Source: the human T2T-CHM13v2.0 reference genome, Homo sapiens
NCBI RefSeq assembly: GCF_009914755.1
Contig: NC_060937.1
Length of the DNA stretch: 64,000 bases
Strand: one strand, 5' to 3'
Shown here: piece after piece, positions 41,554-54,941 of the stretch
How positions within the stretch are numbered: position 1 is the first letter of the stretch
How the letters are laid out: each line of letters begins with the position of its first letter
Position numbers and translations under genes: made by a program
Notes under the pieces: model-generated
Told to the model about the DNA's origin: nothing
Database searches by the model: none
What the model saw: only the letters and a program-made list of their open reading frames with translations

Positions 41554-43150
41554 TGTAAAGACCTCTTAAAAATTAGTTAAAAAACAAACAAAACAGAAAA
41601 AGAGAAAGAAGAAACAGCCACTCAGTTAAAAGAAAAAGATAAAGAAAAAGAAAAAGAAAAGAAAAGAAAAAAAGGCAAAAGACATTATTTTACAGGTCTA
41701 GTGCCCTGTGCCCCTCACTGTAATGGGGGTGGATATGGGCTTCACAGGACATGAAATTCATCAAACAGTTGCTGGTTGAAGGTGGGAAAATCTTGCGGGA
41801 CCAGCCTCCAGAACAGAGCCTGTGGTGCACTGTTTCATCCCGTAGCCCTGGTAAGAAAACCTGGCTGTGCCGTGCTTTATGTTCACCTGCATTTGCCCTG
41901 TTCAGAGGCCTGAGCTACTGTGGACACATAAGTCTGCTCAAACACTCCCCATCCCAATATTCTATCTGGTATTGAGCATGACACCCTGTCTTCACTGAGC
42001 ATGTGTTTATGCAGTTTTGTGACCACCTATCCATTTTACAACAGGAAGACTGAGGCCCCCAAAAAAGGCAAAGACTGGTCCATATCCCAGAAATTGGGAA
42101 GAGCACAGAGTATTAGGAAGGCAGCCAGCTTCCAAGGCCTTGCATGCACCCCACCCATCAGGTTTGCTTTGGAAATGAGTGCTCTTAAGTCCTGGAAAAC
42201 CCTGTGCTCTCCTTTCTACCTGGGCTTTCTACCCTTCCTTATTCTCACATAGGTGTGCAGGCATGAACACACAAACACACCACACACACGCACACACACA
42301 GGCTTCTAAGGTGGAGATCATGGAGGTGAGGTTAGAGAAGAGGAAACCAGAGAAGTGACAAAACGGGAAGAAATAGAAGAGGCAGCTTTGCCATGAGGCA
42401 GAGGCATCCACTACCCCAGCTACATGACCAGGAGCTGACAGCATGGGATGAAGGATGCTCCAGGTTCCCTGGGTTCTTCCAGGCCTGGGGACCTTCCCAG
42501 CTGTTTCAAGAGGACAGGACAGGGGTTGTGACTCCCACCTCTATGGGCACCTGGAACTAAAATGAGCTATGCCCTCCCCCAACCACCCCATGTGATATAA
42601 AGTGAGGCTACGGGAAAGAAAACCTTCGTTTTCTCTCTCATAAATAGGGGTACTCAAAAGGAATAATACCAAGAATTCTAGATACTCATAAGTGTCTGCT
42701 CCCCTTGGCTCTTCATTGGTAACTCACTGTGCTTTGAGACTCTGGGAAGAGGCTTTTCAGGTTCTAGAGGTCCTTCAGAGAAGAGAGAGGCCTAGAGATG
42801 TGGGCAGATGAGGACTTGGAATAAAGCAGAATGTGACAATGCACTGGTCTCTGGAGTGTGGGGCCCAGAGAAAATACTAGTTTTTTGGGCTGTCCTTGAG
42901 GTCCTCATTCAGAAGTGGAAGAAAATAATGTCTCTGAATGCTGTTAAAGTGTTTAATGAGTGCACAGCACACTCAAAGAGGCTGAGGAAAATAGGAATCA
43001 AGGGAGGTTTCCGAGGTTACTTTTATGGCCCTTGGAGTCTTCAGATACTGCTCCCTTTCCCAGGGGTCCCTGAATAGCCACTGCCTTGAGAATTCCCCAA
43101 TACAGGTGCCTGTTTTGTGATGCTTCCACCTGGGACTTCAGGGCTAGTGG

Positions 43151-43169
43151 AGGCCTCTAGGTGGCGGCA
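43151..43169 (+). promoter_or_regulatory. CTCF-like motif (right copy)
   Basis: AGGCCTCTAGGTGGCGGCA aligns well with the CTCF consensus TGGCCACCAGGGGGCGCTA and keeps the CC.C.AG..GGCG core. Confidence 0.55.
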
Positions 43170-45329
43170 GACCCCGTGTTTCTTATGCCCGCTGGGCTTT
43201 ACTGGAGCAGCTGGAGCCGGGGGAGAGTCAGCCTGAGGTCCTGCAGCTCCTGTTATCATTCATGATCTCCACATTATTGGGTGGCCAAAAGCGGGCAGAA
43301 GGGCTTTGTGATTTTCCATGTTATTTTACTCAGCGACTCTTCCCCTAGCACTCACCATGTGGCAGCTACCTTGGTAGGTTCACCATGTGGTACCAAAAAT
43401 GATTATGTTATCCCTGCCTCCCGGCGGGAGCCCACGGTCTGAGGACAGCAGGACAAAAACACTAAAGCAAGTACATGTGAAAGAAAAGAGCATTTTATAA
43501 TGGAAATAAAGTAGAATGTTGGGAGGGAGGGCTGGGGAAATGTTGCCTGGAGGGGACATGAATGCCTCCCTGAGGTGACATTATGTTGTCACCAGAATGA
43601 CAACAGAGAGCCAGTCCTGCGCAGGTGTGGAAAGTGTGCCAGGGAAAAGCCACTCTTTGTGAAGAGACTCACAGGCACAGGTGAGTTCAGCAGAGGAGGT
43701 TGTAACGGGACAATTGTGGCGGCAGGCAGCCTGAGAAAGAAAGGAAAAGAAGGGAGGGAGGATCCTGGGGACTGAAAGAGGAGATTAGTCATTTGCCCAT
43801 CTCTGACAACATTGCCCTGAATTTTAGCACATGTTGACAACAAATACTATCTCACAACTTTTGTGAACCAGAATCTCCATATAGCTTAGTTGGGTGCCTC
43901 TGCCTCAAGGTCTCTTACGAGGCTGGGGCTGTGATTTCAACTGAAGCTGGATTTGAGGAGAGATCAGCCTTCTATCTGCCTCATGGAAACTGGCACGATT
44001 CAGTGTGAACTGAGAGCCCGAGTTCCTTCCTCTCGATTGGCCTGGGCAACTCCTCAGTTCTCTATCATGTGGGTCTGTGCCTAGAGCATCTTAGGACACT
44101 GCGGATCACTTCCTCATCTTGAGGATTACAATACAGAGATGGAAAATGAAAGAGATAGACAGACATATGCAGAGAAAAAGAGAGAAAGGGAGACAGAGAG
44201 ATTGAGAGAGGACGCACAGGACAGAGCAAGTAAGAGGAAAATAATAGCTGTTTTAGAAATATAACTTTGGAAGTTGCAGTAGACTATGTGATTCCCCACC
44301 ATGTTCACATACCAGAACCTTAATCCCCAGTGTAATGGCCTTAGCAGGTCAGAGGTAATTAAGTCCAAAGCATGAGGACCTCATGATAGCGATTATGGGA
44401 TTTGTAAAAGAAACCGCAGAAGGCTGTCTCTCCCTCTCTCTGCTAAATGAGAAAACAACCTGAAGTCTGGAGTTTGAAACTCAGAAGAGAGTCCTTACCA
44501 GACCCCAACCATGCTGGAAGACCAATCTCAAATTTCTGGCCTCTAGAACTAATGTATTTTATTTATAAGTTGCCTAGTCTATGTTTTTTGGTATAGAAGT
44601 CTGAACTAAGTCAGAAGTGATAACCTATCACATTTGTTGTATTCCCTTTGACAGAAACTAGAACCAGGTCCCCAAAGAGTTCAACCAATGACTAGCAGAA
44701 ATTCTTCAGTTTGCAGAATGACAGGTAAGAAAAGATACAACTTGTTGAAAGAATGAAATTTATTCCACTTATGAGACTTCTAAAAACTGGCTAAAATTGG
44801 TCGGAACCAATATGGTCAACTGGAGTCTGTGTGAAATAAGCTCACTGATGTCAGAGCCCAAATTTCCATCACATGTTTTGTACTAACTGTCCCCAAATTT
44901 GCACATGTGATCTGTGTGTAGCAGGAAAAAATAGTTGTTCATGCCCAGTGACTTTCCATACATTTTTCCTTTCAGCAATTCTGTACTAATCCAGAACCTA
45001 CCTCCTAAACCTTTCTGAGAATATTACTACCTTTAAGTAAGCACAGGGAAACAGACTTGAGTTGGAATCCCATCTCTTTGTTAGAAACCCGGTGTTATAG
45101 TACCTGCTTCTGAGGCACTGAGAGGTGAGCTGCGTTTTAAAATAACAGAGTCACTCACAACTTAGTGTTGTTGTGAGACTTTGTTGGGGGCGCCCACCAC
45201 ATAGGCTGAGATGAGGCATATACATATGATTCTAAATATAATGCACAGCACTGGAATATTTAATGCCAGAAGACAGTATCTGATTTTCTTTTAATTTCAA
45301 CCTCTTCTGCTGTGGAATGGAAAATTAAG

Positions 45330-45798
45330 GCCATATATATAAAATATATATCTTTTATGTATAAAGATACATAAACTATGTATCTTTTATATATAAAGAT
45401 ATATATGTATAAGTTTATATATTATATATAGTTATATATAATTGATATATATAGTTATATATAATATATAAATAAAAATATTTATATACATAATATATAT
45501 ATATTTTTTTTTGAGACACAGTCTCGCTCTGTCACCCAGGCTGGAGTGCGGTGGCAGGATCATGGCTCAATGTAATCTCTGCTTCCTGGGCTCAAGTGAT
45601 TCTTACACCTCAGCCTCCTGAGTGGCTGGGATTACAAGCATGCATCAACACATCTGGCTAATTTTTGCATTTTTAGTGGAGAAGGGTTTTTGCCATGCTG
45701 GCCATGGCTGGTTTCAAACCCCTGGCCTTAAGTGTTCCACCCGTCGTCTTGGTCTACCAATCTGCTAAGATTACAGGCAAGAGCCACTGCATCCAACT
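45330..45798 (-). mobile_element. TA-rich tract plus Alu (mirror of 22855-23280)
   Basis: Alu motifs at 45504-45798. Confidence 0.85.
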
Positions 45799-48421
45799 GA
45801 TTTTGATTCATTCTATCTCTTAAATCGCCAATGACTGTTTTTGGAAGTTGGTGCTAGCCTAATCCCATTATGCATACTTCAGGGCTGGGGAGACCTGAAG
45901 CACACAGTCATTTTCATATGGTCACAGAAATGAAAAGGAAAAGAAGATTTTAAGCCAACTTTCTTCTCTCAAACCTGGGGCCCTGGCTGCATTTAGAACT
46001 TTTTGGGAAGTAAGGGACATAATTGTGTTTGCATAACTGTTTACAGGTAAAGAGTTGACATGGGAGAGGAGGGTGAGCAATCAGCAGCCCAGCAGGGACT
46101 TTGCATAGATTTATGGAGGAAAAGGTCTCAGGGGATAAAACCTTGAAGAAGTTAACAGACTTCCCTTGTGAGAAAACCTAACAGAATTTAGAACTTTGGG
46201 AACCAGAAACCCACATTCTAGAGACAGCCCTGTATCTAGCTAACTTCATGGGAGATGCTTGAGAGGGCACTGTGTTCTCATTGTAGGTTATATTCCCAAG
46301 CTGTTGCCTGAGAAAGGCTCAAAGTGAGAGCCTTTTCTGACAGTATACATACTGGCTCAGCCTACATCCTTGATACCATTGGCCATTCGACAAGAGGCAC
46401 CCACAGGTAACACAGTGTAGCCCAGGGCAGTTCCGTCCATTCCAGGCCACCTGTGTCATCTAATCTGGGCAACCCGACCCTGCCTACAATTACCCTGTGT
46501 TGCAAGGGGAGCAGGAAAGGAGGGGGCTTTTCCTCACAGGGGCAGGTTTTAAGACACAGGAACCCTGGTGGGTCTGTCATGTTCATACCCAGGTCACGGT
46601 TGGTGGAATAAAAAGTTGTGAGTTGCGGACCAAGTACGTCTACTCAGATGTGAATCCCAAGGCCTTAAGCTGTCCTCGGGTTTCCTCATTGGCTGGGGGT
46701 CTATGCAGATACTCCTATGTTCCTGATCTAGGAAACAGAATTTCTAATGGAGATGTCACCTGGTGGTAAAAACAAAGAAGACAATTAACTTTTTTTGCTG
46801 CTGGGAACACTCTTTGTAGAGCTGCATTAAAATCAGTGAGCAGATATTTGATGGGTTCAAGTCCCCCATCTCCTTGGACAACTGGCAGGTTCACCACACC
46901 CCCAAGCATGGCATACAATGAGTTATGGTGAGAGCAGGCACATGGGGGTCTCTACAGAGAGGGACCTGACAAAACCAGGATGGGCCCAGGATCCAGACCC
47001 AAACATGGAATTTCTCTGCACTTTCTCCTAGGGGATTTCCATGAGTGACCCTCAGATCTACCCCCCAAAAATCTAGCCTTAACTGGTTCCAGTGGCAACC
47101 TGGTTAAGTGTAAAGTCCCTTTTTACATTCTTGTAGAAATATCAGAGAAGACCTTTGTGTTGTTTTTACTTTACACTAGGCTATATTTATTCATGTTACT
47201 ACAGTTTGTATAGTTTTAATTATTCCCCCCGATATCATCTGTAGCAGGCAGCTTCACGGTACTGCCAGCCTTTCTCCAAGACTTGAAAGCCACCACTATC
47301 ACTAATACTCTACAAAAATAGGGAAGAGTTTACATGAAAAAGGGGTTATATTGTTTCCTGCATTTGTCTGCAATGTGTCATCTAAGAGAACTCATCCCAG
47401 TAGCCCATCAGGGCAGAAGTGGTGCCCTCACATATCTTTGTAATGTTATATAATGGAGGTCACTTCCCAGAGTGGTTTAGCCTTTCAATGGCTATTATTT
47501 CTGATCAAAATGGAATAAAACTAGAAATGAATAACAGAACAAAACAAAAATAGCAACATATATATGGAAATTAAACAACTCACTTTTGAGCATGCTCATG
47601 TTTAACGGTTGTAAGACTTAATATTATGAATAATGCTTATGATGTCTAAAGCGAGTTACAGATTCAATGCAATCCCTTTTAAATTAAGAATTTTTTTTTG
47701 AAATAGAAAAAGGAACCAACAAATTATATGGAATGTCAAGCGACCATAAAGAGCCCAAAAATGTTTAAAAAAAAAACAATGTTAGTGACCTCACCTTTTC
47801 TGATTTCAAAGCACATTACAAAGCAACAGCAATGAAAACAGTTTGTTTCTGGCATAAAGACAGACAATTTTTCCAATAAAACAGAAGGTAGCACACATGT
47901 AAACCTCACACATATGAGCAAATAGCTATTTGCATACCAATATTCATTGGAGCATTATTCAGAAAGGCCAATAGGTGAAAGCAACACAAACTTTCCTCAT
48001 AGGATGAATAAATAAATACAATTTGTAATATAAAAGTAATGGAATATTACTTAGCTTTTAAAGGCAGAAAATCTTGTACCATCCACAATAAAGAGGAATC
48101 TTGAGAACATAATGCTAAGTAAAATTAGTCACAATAAAACAGATACTCTATGATTCTACTTATATGTAATATCTAAAGTATTGAAACTTAGAACCAGAAA
48201 ATAGAATGATTTTTATCATGAGCCAGGTGGTAAGGACAATGGGTAGTTGTCATTTCATGTGTACTGAGTTTTAGTTTTGCAAAAGAAAAAATTTTACAAA
48301 TATGTTGCATAACAATGTAAATACACTTAACATGACTGAACTGTATAAGAAAAAATATTAAAGATTCTAAATTTTATGTTATGTATTTTTACCACAATGG
48401 AAATTAAAAATGACATCCAAG

Positions 48422-48715
48422 GGCCAAGAGTGATCACTCATGCCTGTAATCCTAGCACTCTGGGAGGCTGAGGCATGCAGGTTACTTGAGGCCATAAGTT
48501 CAAGACCAGCCTGGCCAACATGGTGAAACCCCAGCTTCATGAAAAATACAAAAATTAGCCAGGCGCGGTGGTGCACAACTTTAATGCCAGCTACTCAAGA
48601 GGCAGCAGCTGGAGAATTGCTTTAACCTGGGAGGTAGAGGTTGCAGTGATCCAAGATTGTGCCACTGCACTTTGGCAACAGGGTGAGAGTCTGTCAAAAG
48701 AAAAAAAAAAAAAAA
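48422..48715 (+). mobile_element. Alu (mirror of 19915-20204)
   Basis: Alu motifs with A tail. Confidence 0.85.
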
Positions 48716-50639
48716 TGACACCCGAAGAGACAGAGTTACAAAGTTTCTGAAAAATTATCTTCAAATCGCATAAATCTTTCTTTCACACTAAGATAATATA
48801 AACAATAGATGTTGAAATTAAGACAATTTCCATGATTACTCACTTAGACAGAATAAATTATTGGCCATCAAATAAGAAGAAAATATAGAAGTCATAAACA
48901 AAATAGGGGCAATATTTATACAGGCAAACAAACAGTGAAATCATTATATTAACAAAAGACATAGGGATGGTTCATATTTGACTTCTGCCCCACACTGTCT
49001 TAATGCATACAGAGTTGAATATTGTTATACAATATTATATTATACAAATTAAAACTTAAAACAATAAACTAATATAAGGTGCCCTACCCTAAAACATGAA
49101 ACACAGAAATGTAAAATTGCAAAACAAAGTTAAAATAAACATTAACCCCCAAATTCTTATTTGAATAATGAAATTCAAAATCATAATAAATAGGTAGAAA
49201 GTAAAAACACAATTAACTGATGTGAGACAGCCTACTCTAAAAAATACAGAAACATAAAATTATAAAACATAATTAAGAGAAACTTTAATCCATAAAATCC
49301 TGAATAAACATAGTGTCCAAATGAAAAAGAATCCTAGGTAACTACAATTTTTAACTCTTCCTGTGAATCTATGAAAAGTATGAATTTTGAATTATTTGGA
49401 TACAGTTAGGACAACAACATTTCAGAGAAAACACATTATAATTATTACAAAGAGCTGTGATGAGAAAGTTTTAAGGAATAAGCATTTAAGTAATACTAGA
49501 GAAAGTTTTAAATTATGCTACTGATGCATTGCTGCTTTTCTTACACAAAACGGTAAGGCTGTAATCTAGCTTTTAATTGAAAAGTATTACATTTCTAAAT
49601 ATGGTAACAATATAAATATTGTAAATATAGTATAAAACATTGACATATAAAATAAAAATTGGAAATAAATTGTACTATTAGTCAAATAAAAGTTGGGAAA
49701 ACTGGAAGAAGATGCTAATAGTAACATTGTGCCTAGAGTCAATTAAACATACAAGCCAAATATTTTAATAAATTATAAATTATATAATTTATACATAATA
49801 TATACATTTGAGCATGCTATTTTACAACTTCTGAAAGGAAATTACAGACAAATGTGACATATGATAATTTAGAAAGTGAAAACACAGTCATAGTAATCTT
49901 CATATTAAAGAAGACAGAATCATAAAATACTAAGTGAGAAATAAGGTAATAATTGTGAATTCAATATATGTTGAACTATATTCTAATTTCCCTTACGGAA
50001 AAAGTTTTTGTAAGAAATCAGTAGAATGAGTACATACAATAAACCATCCTACAGTAGAGGCTGTTGGCATATAGAGTTTACATTTCTATGATTAGGTCCT
50101 ACTAAGAAAAAGGAAATTTTAAAATAAAATACTTAGATTTTCCTATTTAATAAGATAATTTTTGCCTATAAAGTTTTTCTGTCTAATTTTCTTGTAGAAT
50201 TAGGTTTTAGTCGTCGTAAAACTTGACATTATGAAGCAGAAAACAGGTGTCATCTGTCTCTGGTGTTCCTGGAATTTCTAACCCAAATGCCAATTCCTCC
50301 ACAACTCCCCTCACACACTTCTGAATTGAAGCACAACAGATTTATTAAAAATGGCATAACAGCGGTCTCCAGACATGTGCAGAGATTTTCCCAGATCCCC
50401 AAAAGCAATGACAAACTATTCAGATCATTTAGGTTCTCACAAGATACTGGGAGGACTTTGGCTTTCAGTGTGAATGCACTGGAAGATTCTAAGAGAGAGG
50501 GAGAGAGAGAGAATGTGTGTGTGTTGAAATCAGAACCCCACCTTATGTGTTTATTGTGGAAATTGAAAATGAAAGCCTAAAGTTGAAAATTAAAATCACA
50601 CATGATAGCACATTGCAAACTATTTTCTGTGCTAGATGG

Positions 50640-53600
50640 GTCGTTCTAGGGTGTAGGACCCTGGAAACACCGTTTTCCCCTCCTTCCGGAAAGAGCTACT
50701 CACACTGCTCAAAGCCTACATTTACATGTACCATGTCGAAGACCAGCTCAAGAGCCTGGACCCATATGCCACCTTCAGCAGGGTTGACTGCAGCTGCTTG
50801 TTCTTCCTGAGCATCTTCTCCAATGGTGACCTGAGAGTTGCGGGAGGCATTGGGGCCAGGATTGAACAGAGGACAAAGGAGCACGGAGGCCAGGTGCTGA
50901 GGACCAGGCCATCTCACCTAGAGAGTTCTGGCCCTGAGACATCCAGACCAGCATGACGTTTAGGTGCAGACAGCTGGCCCTGGGTGGCCCTGTGCTGATC
51001 ACCGGCCTCGGCCCCTCAAACAGTGGGAAATGGAAGAATGGCTTGGAAATGGGCACTCTCGACAGTGTGTCACCTGAGCACATTCTCCCAGGGGCCCAAG
51101 AGGGGCCATCGTGTCTCTAGAACCAGAACTGGAAGGTGAAACTGTCAGGGGGGACAAGGAAGAGGGTCCTCAGTTGGGTGGAGGGTCTCACAGCAAGACG
51201 CCTGGCTTAATCAAGCTTGGCCATTCCTGAAGCACGTTCAGTGACTAAAAGTGCCTACCATGAGCAGCTGGAACACACTCTCTGAGAGCTGCAAGATGCA
51301 TGGAGACCTCAAGTACCTGTTTGTAATTACAGCCAAGGACCAGCAGGCAGCATTACCGCATCCACATGGGCTTTTGCTGGAAACAGTAAGTCTCTGCCAG
51401 CCCCTCCCAGGCTCCTGGGATGCCACTTGTTCTGGGTCTGTGGACAGATAACGAGGACACTTACTCAGTGAAGCCCATCGCTCAACCCCAGCCCCACCAT
51501 ACCCTGTCTCCTAAGCCATTCCTCATCCCAGAAGGAAAGGCAATGCCTTTGTCCCACAGCCCCTGCCTTGTGTCATGTCATGTGGGGGTATGGAATGAAC
51601 CCGTCAGCCTAAACTCCAGTACTTCTGCCTGAGGAATCTGTCCCCGCTGTCTGAGTCGCCCTCTAGGGAGCTGTCAGTGGGATAGAGAGCAGCCCTGGAA
51701 GAGAGGCCCACCTTCTTCTGTTTGACTTCAGGACAGCCTTTCAGGGCAAGAACCCAGAGCAGATGGAGGCCTCACAGAAGCCTGTGGCAGGGCTCTGGGC
51801 TTCGTGGGCTAAGCATCTCCCTCTCTGATGACTGCCATGGGGCCCACAACCACTCATTCAAGAGGGTCACCACCACATTGCAGGTGTGCAGCTGGACGGT
51901 TCCCCAGGCAGAGCCTGCCATGGACTGCATGCACAGAGAGGATGCACACCTTGAAGTTGGACAATGAGGAGAACATTCCTGAAGAGGTGCATGCAGCCTG
52001 GCCCTGCCCTCACTGGGAACCCCCTTCCATCTGGGTACTAGACAGAATTCTGTGCACTTTTCTGGAGGCTCCATGCTGGTCTGTTCATTTGGAAGTTTGA
52101 TGCTGTCTGTGAGGAAGTAACAAAAGAGATATCTCAGAGCCGGTTGTTTGTCACAGGCTGAGCGATTTTCTCCCTCCCTAGTCCCTCTGCAGACACGGGG
52201 CTGGAACAAGGACCTATGGATAATGAGGGAATTTCTCTTCGAGAACCTGCCTGAGCTGCTGCTTCAAGAAAGAGCCACATTAAAGGTGCCTATAGCCCCT
52301 GATGAGGGAATGGCAGCCTCAGGCCTGCCTGCCATCTGTGAGCAGGTTTTCTTGCTAACAGGATGAAAGCAAAGAAAGCTGGAATGAGCCCAGCCCTCTC
52401 AGGCACCTTGAAGACTGTTGGGGTTCCTTCCAGCCCTTCTAGCCTTATGCTTTTTGGCAGGCCACTCAGGCACCTTTTTCCAGCCTCTGAGACTTCCATG
52501 CTCTGGAAGGAGAGGGTCCCACTTTTCACTAGGCTATGGGGCCAGGCCCATCCAGCTCCCGGCTGCCACTAACAACCATGGGGCTCTCACCTGGGCACAC
52601 ACTGCCCAAACATGGCCCTTCTAAGGCAGAAGATCATGTGTCTTGCAGTTTCAGCTTGCTAGGGCTTAAAAGTTATCAGTGCTGTTATTAAGATAGGGAA
52701 GTGAGAAAGGAAAACTTGCTGTAAAAGTTTCCCATAATCTTACCACGGAGATCTTCAGCACAGATGACAGCACAGGCGGGGCTGCTGGGGAGGCTGAAGG
52801 AGAGTGTCCAGCCTGTTCTGCCAGCTGGTCCTTGCCAGGGGTGTCTCGTGACCCAGTCCCTTAGAGAAGCATGCAGATATCTCAGCAAGTATCTGGAAGG
52901 TGTAGATCAGGGCAACCCAGCACTACTGACGGTGGAGTGGGCCTACCTCCCATCAAGCTGTGTCTCCACAGCTGACCCTTGTAACCCGGAGGTGTTTTAC
53001 AACATGTGCAAGGCAGTGAGCCCCATCAGCTGTGTGGCATTCAACACTCACTTCAACTCGTACATCTCACCAGAAAGCAGTGGGGACTGACCAGTGCAGA
53101 AGCCTGCAAAGTAGTTCAGAGCATCATGGGGTGGGGGATGTGGGGCCTGCCTGCTCATCTGAGCACTGCTCCCTGAGGGTGTGATCTGCAGGCTTCCTGA
53201 AGGAGGGCTGTGAGCTCATCTGCGAGGCCCTGAGCCTGTGGAACATGCCTGAGGCCAAGCCCATGGGGATTTGTGTCTACTTGCACCTCCTTGCTCATCT
53301 CAGTACACTACAGGTGACTGTGCCAAGGTGGGCCTTGAGCATCCCCTGGGCTGTGTTAGCAAAGGGCTCTGGGTCTGGCCTGGCATTGAGGGATGGCAAA
53401 AAAGGAGCCTGGGGTTGCATTGTCACCCCCTATGGTAGCATAAAATGAGAGAGTCCAGACCTGCAGGACTGGAACCCTAACAAAGGGGTTAGGAGACTGC
53501 TCACTTTCCCTCAGGGACCCATGTGGAGGAGCTGAGGGAGGTTAAGGAGACCCTAGGGACTCACTTGTTCTGTCTGGGCTTCCCCCTGCTCCATCGTTTG

Positions 53601-53960
53601 ATGACCATTTTCTGGGAAGAGCTCAGGAACCTCCTGTGCTCTAGTGAGACGGGGCCTCCCCTCACAGGGTATTCTGAGACTGTGAGTGAGAAGCTAACAC
53701 AGTGCCTTGCAATACTCACGGGAGCTGTCATCCTCTGTGACCATCACGTGGCCTTGTAGTGTTCAGACTGCCTGGCCTGCCTGGGGTTTGGTGAGGCTGT
53801 TTTGTGGTCAGCTGCTTTAGAAGCTCACTTTCTCTGCAATCAAACAGTGACTGTTTTCATGTCTGTTTATGGGTTTAAAAAATCCTAATATTTCCTTTAT
53901 AGTAGTTCAGCTTGTATGTGTTTATTTGTATAAATTTTATTAGAGTAAAGAGAGCTTAAG
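50640..53960 (+). pseudogene. CLUHP: Unprocessed, internally deleted CLUH pseudogene, right copy
   Basis: Exon remnants at ~50690-50836, 51020-51135, 51233-51385 ([18 protein letters not shown]), 51841-51986, 52193-52285 (TRGWNKDLWIMREFLFENLPELLLQERATLK), 52745-52774, 52972-53073 (CKAVSPISCVAFNTHFNS) and 53192-53327. The first acceptor is mutated (ccgg|) and the putative polyA signal reads AGTAAA. Confidence 0.9.
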
Positions 53961-54844
53961 ACAATAGCATTTTAAGGTCTTAATGGGGCATAGACTTTCA
54001 TGTCACAACAGCTAATGTTGACCTCCTTTTGCTGCCTTTGTGTAAATTACACATAAAAAGTGCAACCAGAGGTGACTAGAGCTGAGCTGCTTGGGCTTGC
54101 TTGCTGGCCTGCAGTCAGGTGGACTCTGGCTGTGAGGCAGTGCCCACCCTGGATCTACATCCCCCACCCTCTCTCCTTAGTCCCTGAGTAACCAACAAGG
54201 CCGTGCTAATGAGAGGGCGAGTGATGGGCATCGGGCACCCCAATACTATCCGGGAAGATTTGAATGCCATCTGGGCTGGAGCTGTTGGGATTACGGGCTG
54301 TGGCTGTCTTGGCTTGTCATGGTGCCACCCACAGATGTGCCTGCCCTGTGCTGCTTCTCCAGCAGCCGGCTGCCCATGGCCCTGAGCCTGTCACACCATG
54401 CTTGCTACCTCATGCTGCTTGTGTTTGAAAAACCCATCCGGAGATGACGCTGCTGGATGTAAGTCCTGAAAAGAGGGCATCACCTTTGTCCTGGGGGATT
54501 AGGAGCTGACCAGATTCCTCTTGACTCCCTCCCAGAACAAGTGGGGCAGGTGCTGCAATTAATGTTGCCCCCCAGAAGATGTGTTTGCACTGGCTGAGCA
54601 AATATACGATGCAGAGACCTAAATGAAGACACGTGAATGGGGTGTGTGGACATCAGTTAGTAGCTGGGAAACAGGTGCCTCTCAGGCCTCTCGTGCTCCA
54701 GCAAGTGTGGAATATGCCTGTGCCCATGAGTGTAGACATCTGGAGTGTATACATTTGGCTGCTGCTTTTGCTGCCACTATTCCCAGGCCCAACCTGGCTT
54801 AAAGTCCAGGTTTTAAGTAAAAAGTAGGAGGCTTTTTGCCACAC

Positions 54845-54941
54845 AGCTACTTGAGAGGCTGAGGTGAAAGCATCACTGGAGCCTAAGAGATTGAGGCTGC
54901 AGTGACCCATGATTCAGCCACTGCACTGACACAGTGAGACC
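54845..54941 (+). mobile_element. Alu fragment (mirror of 13644-13740)
   Basis: agctacttgagaggctgaggtgaaagcatcactggagcctaaga... Confidence 0.75.
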
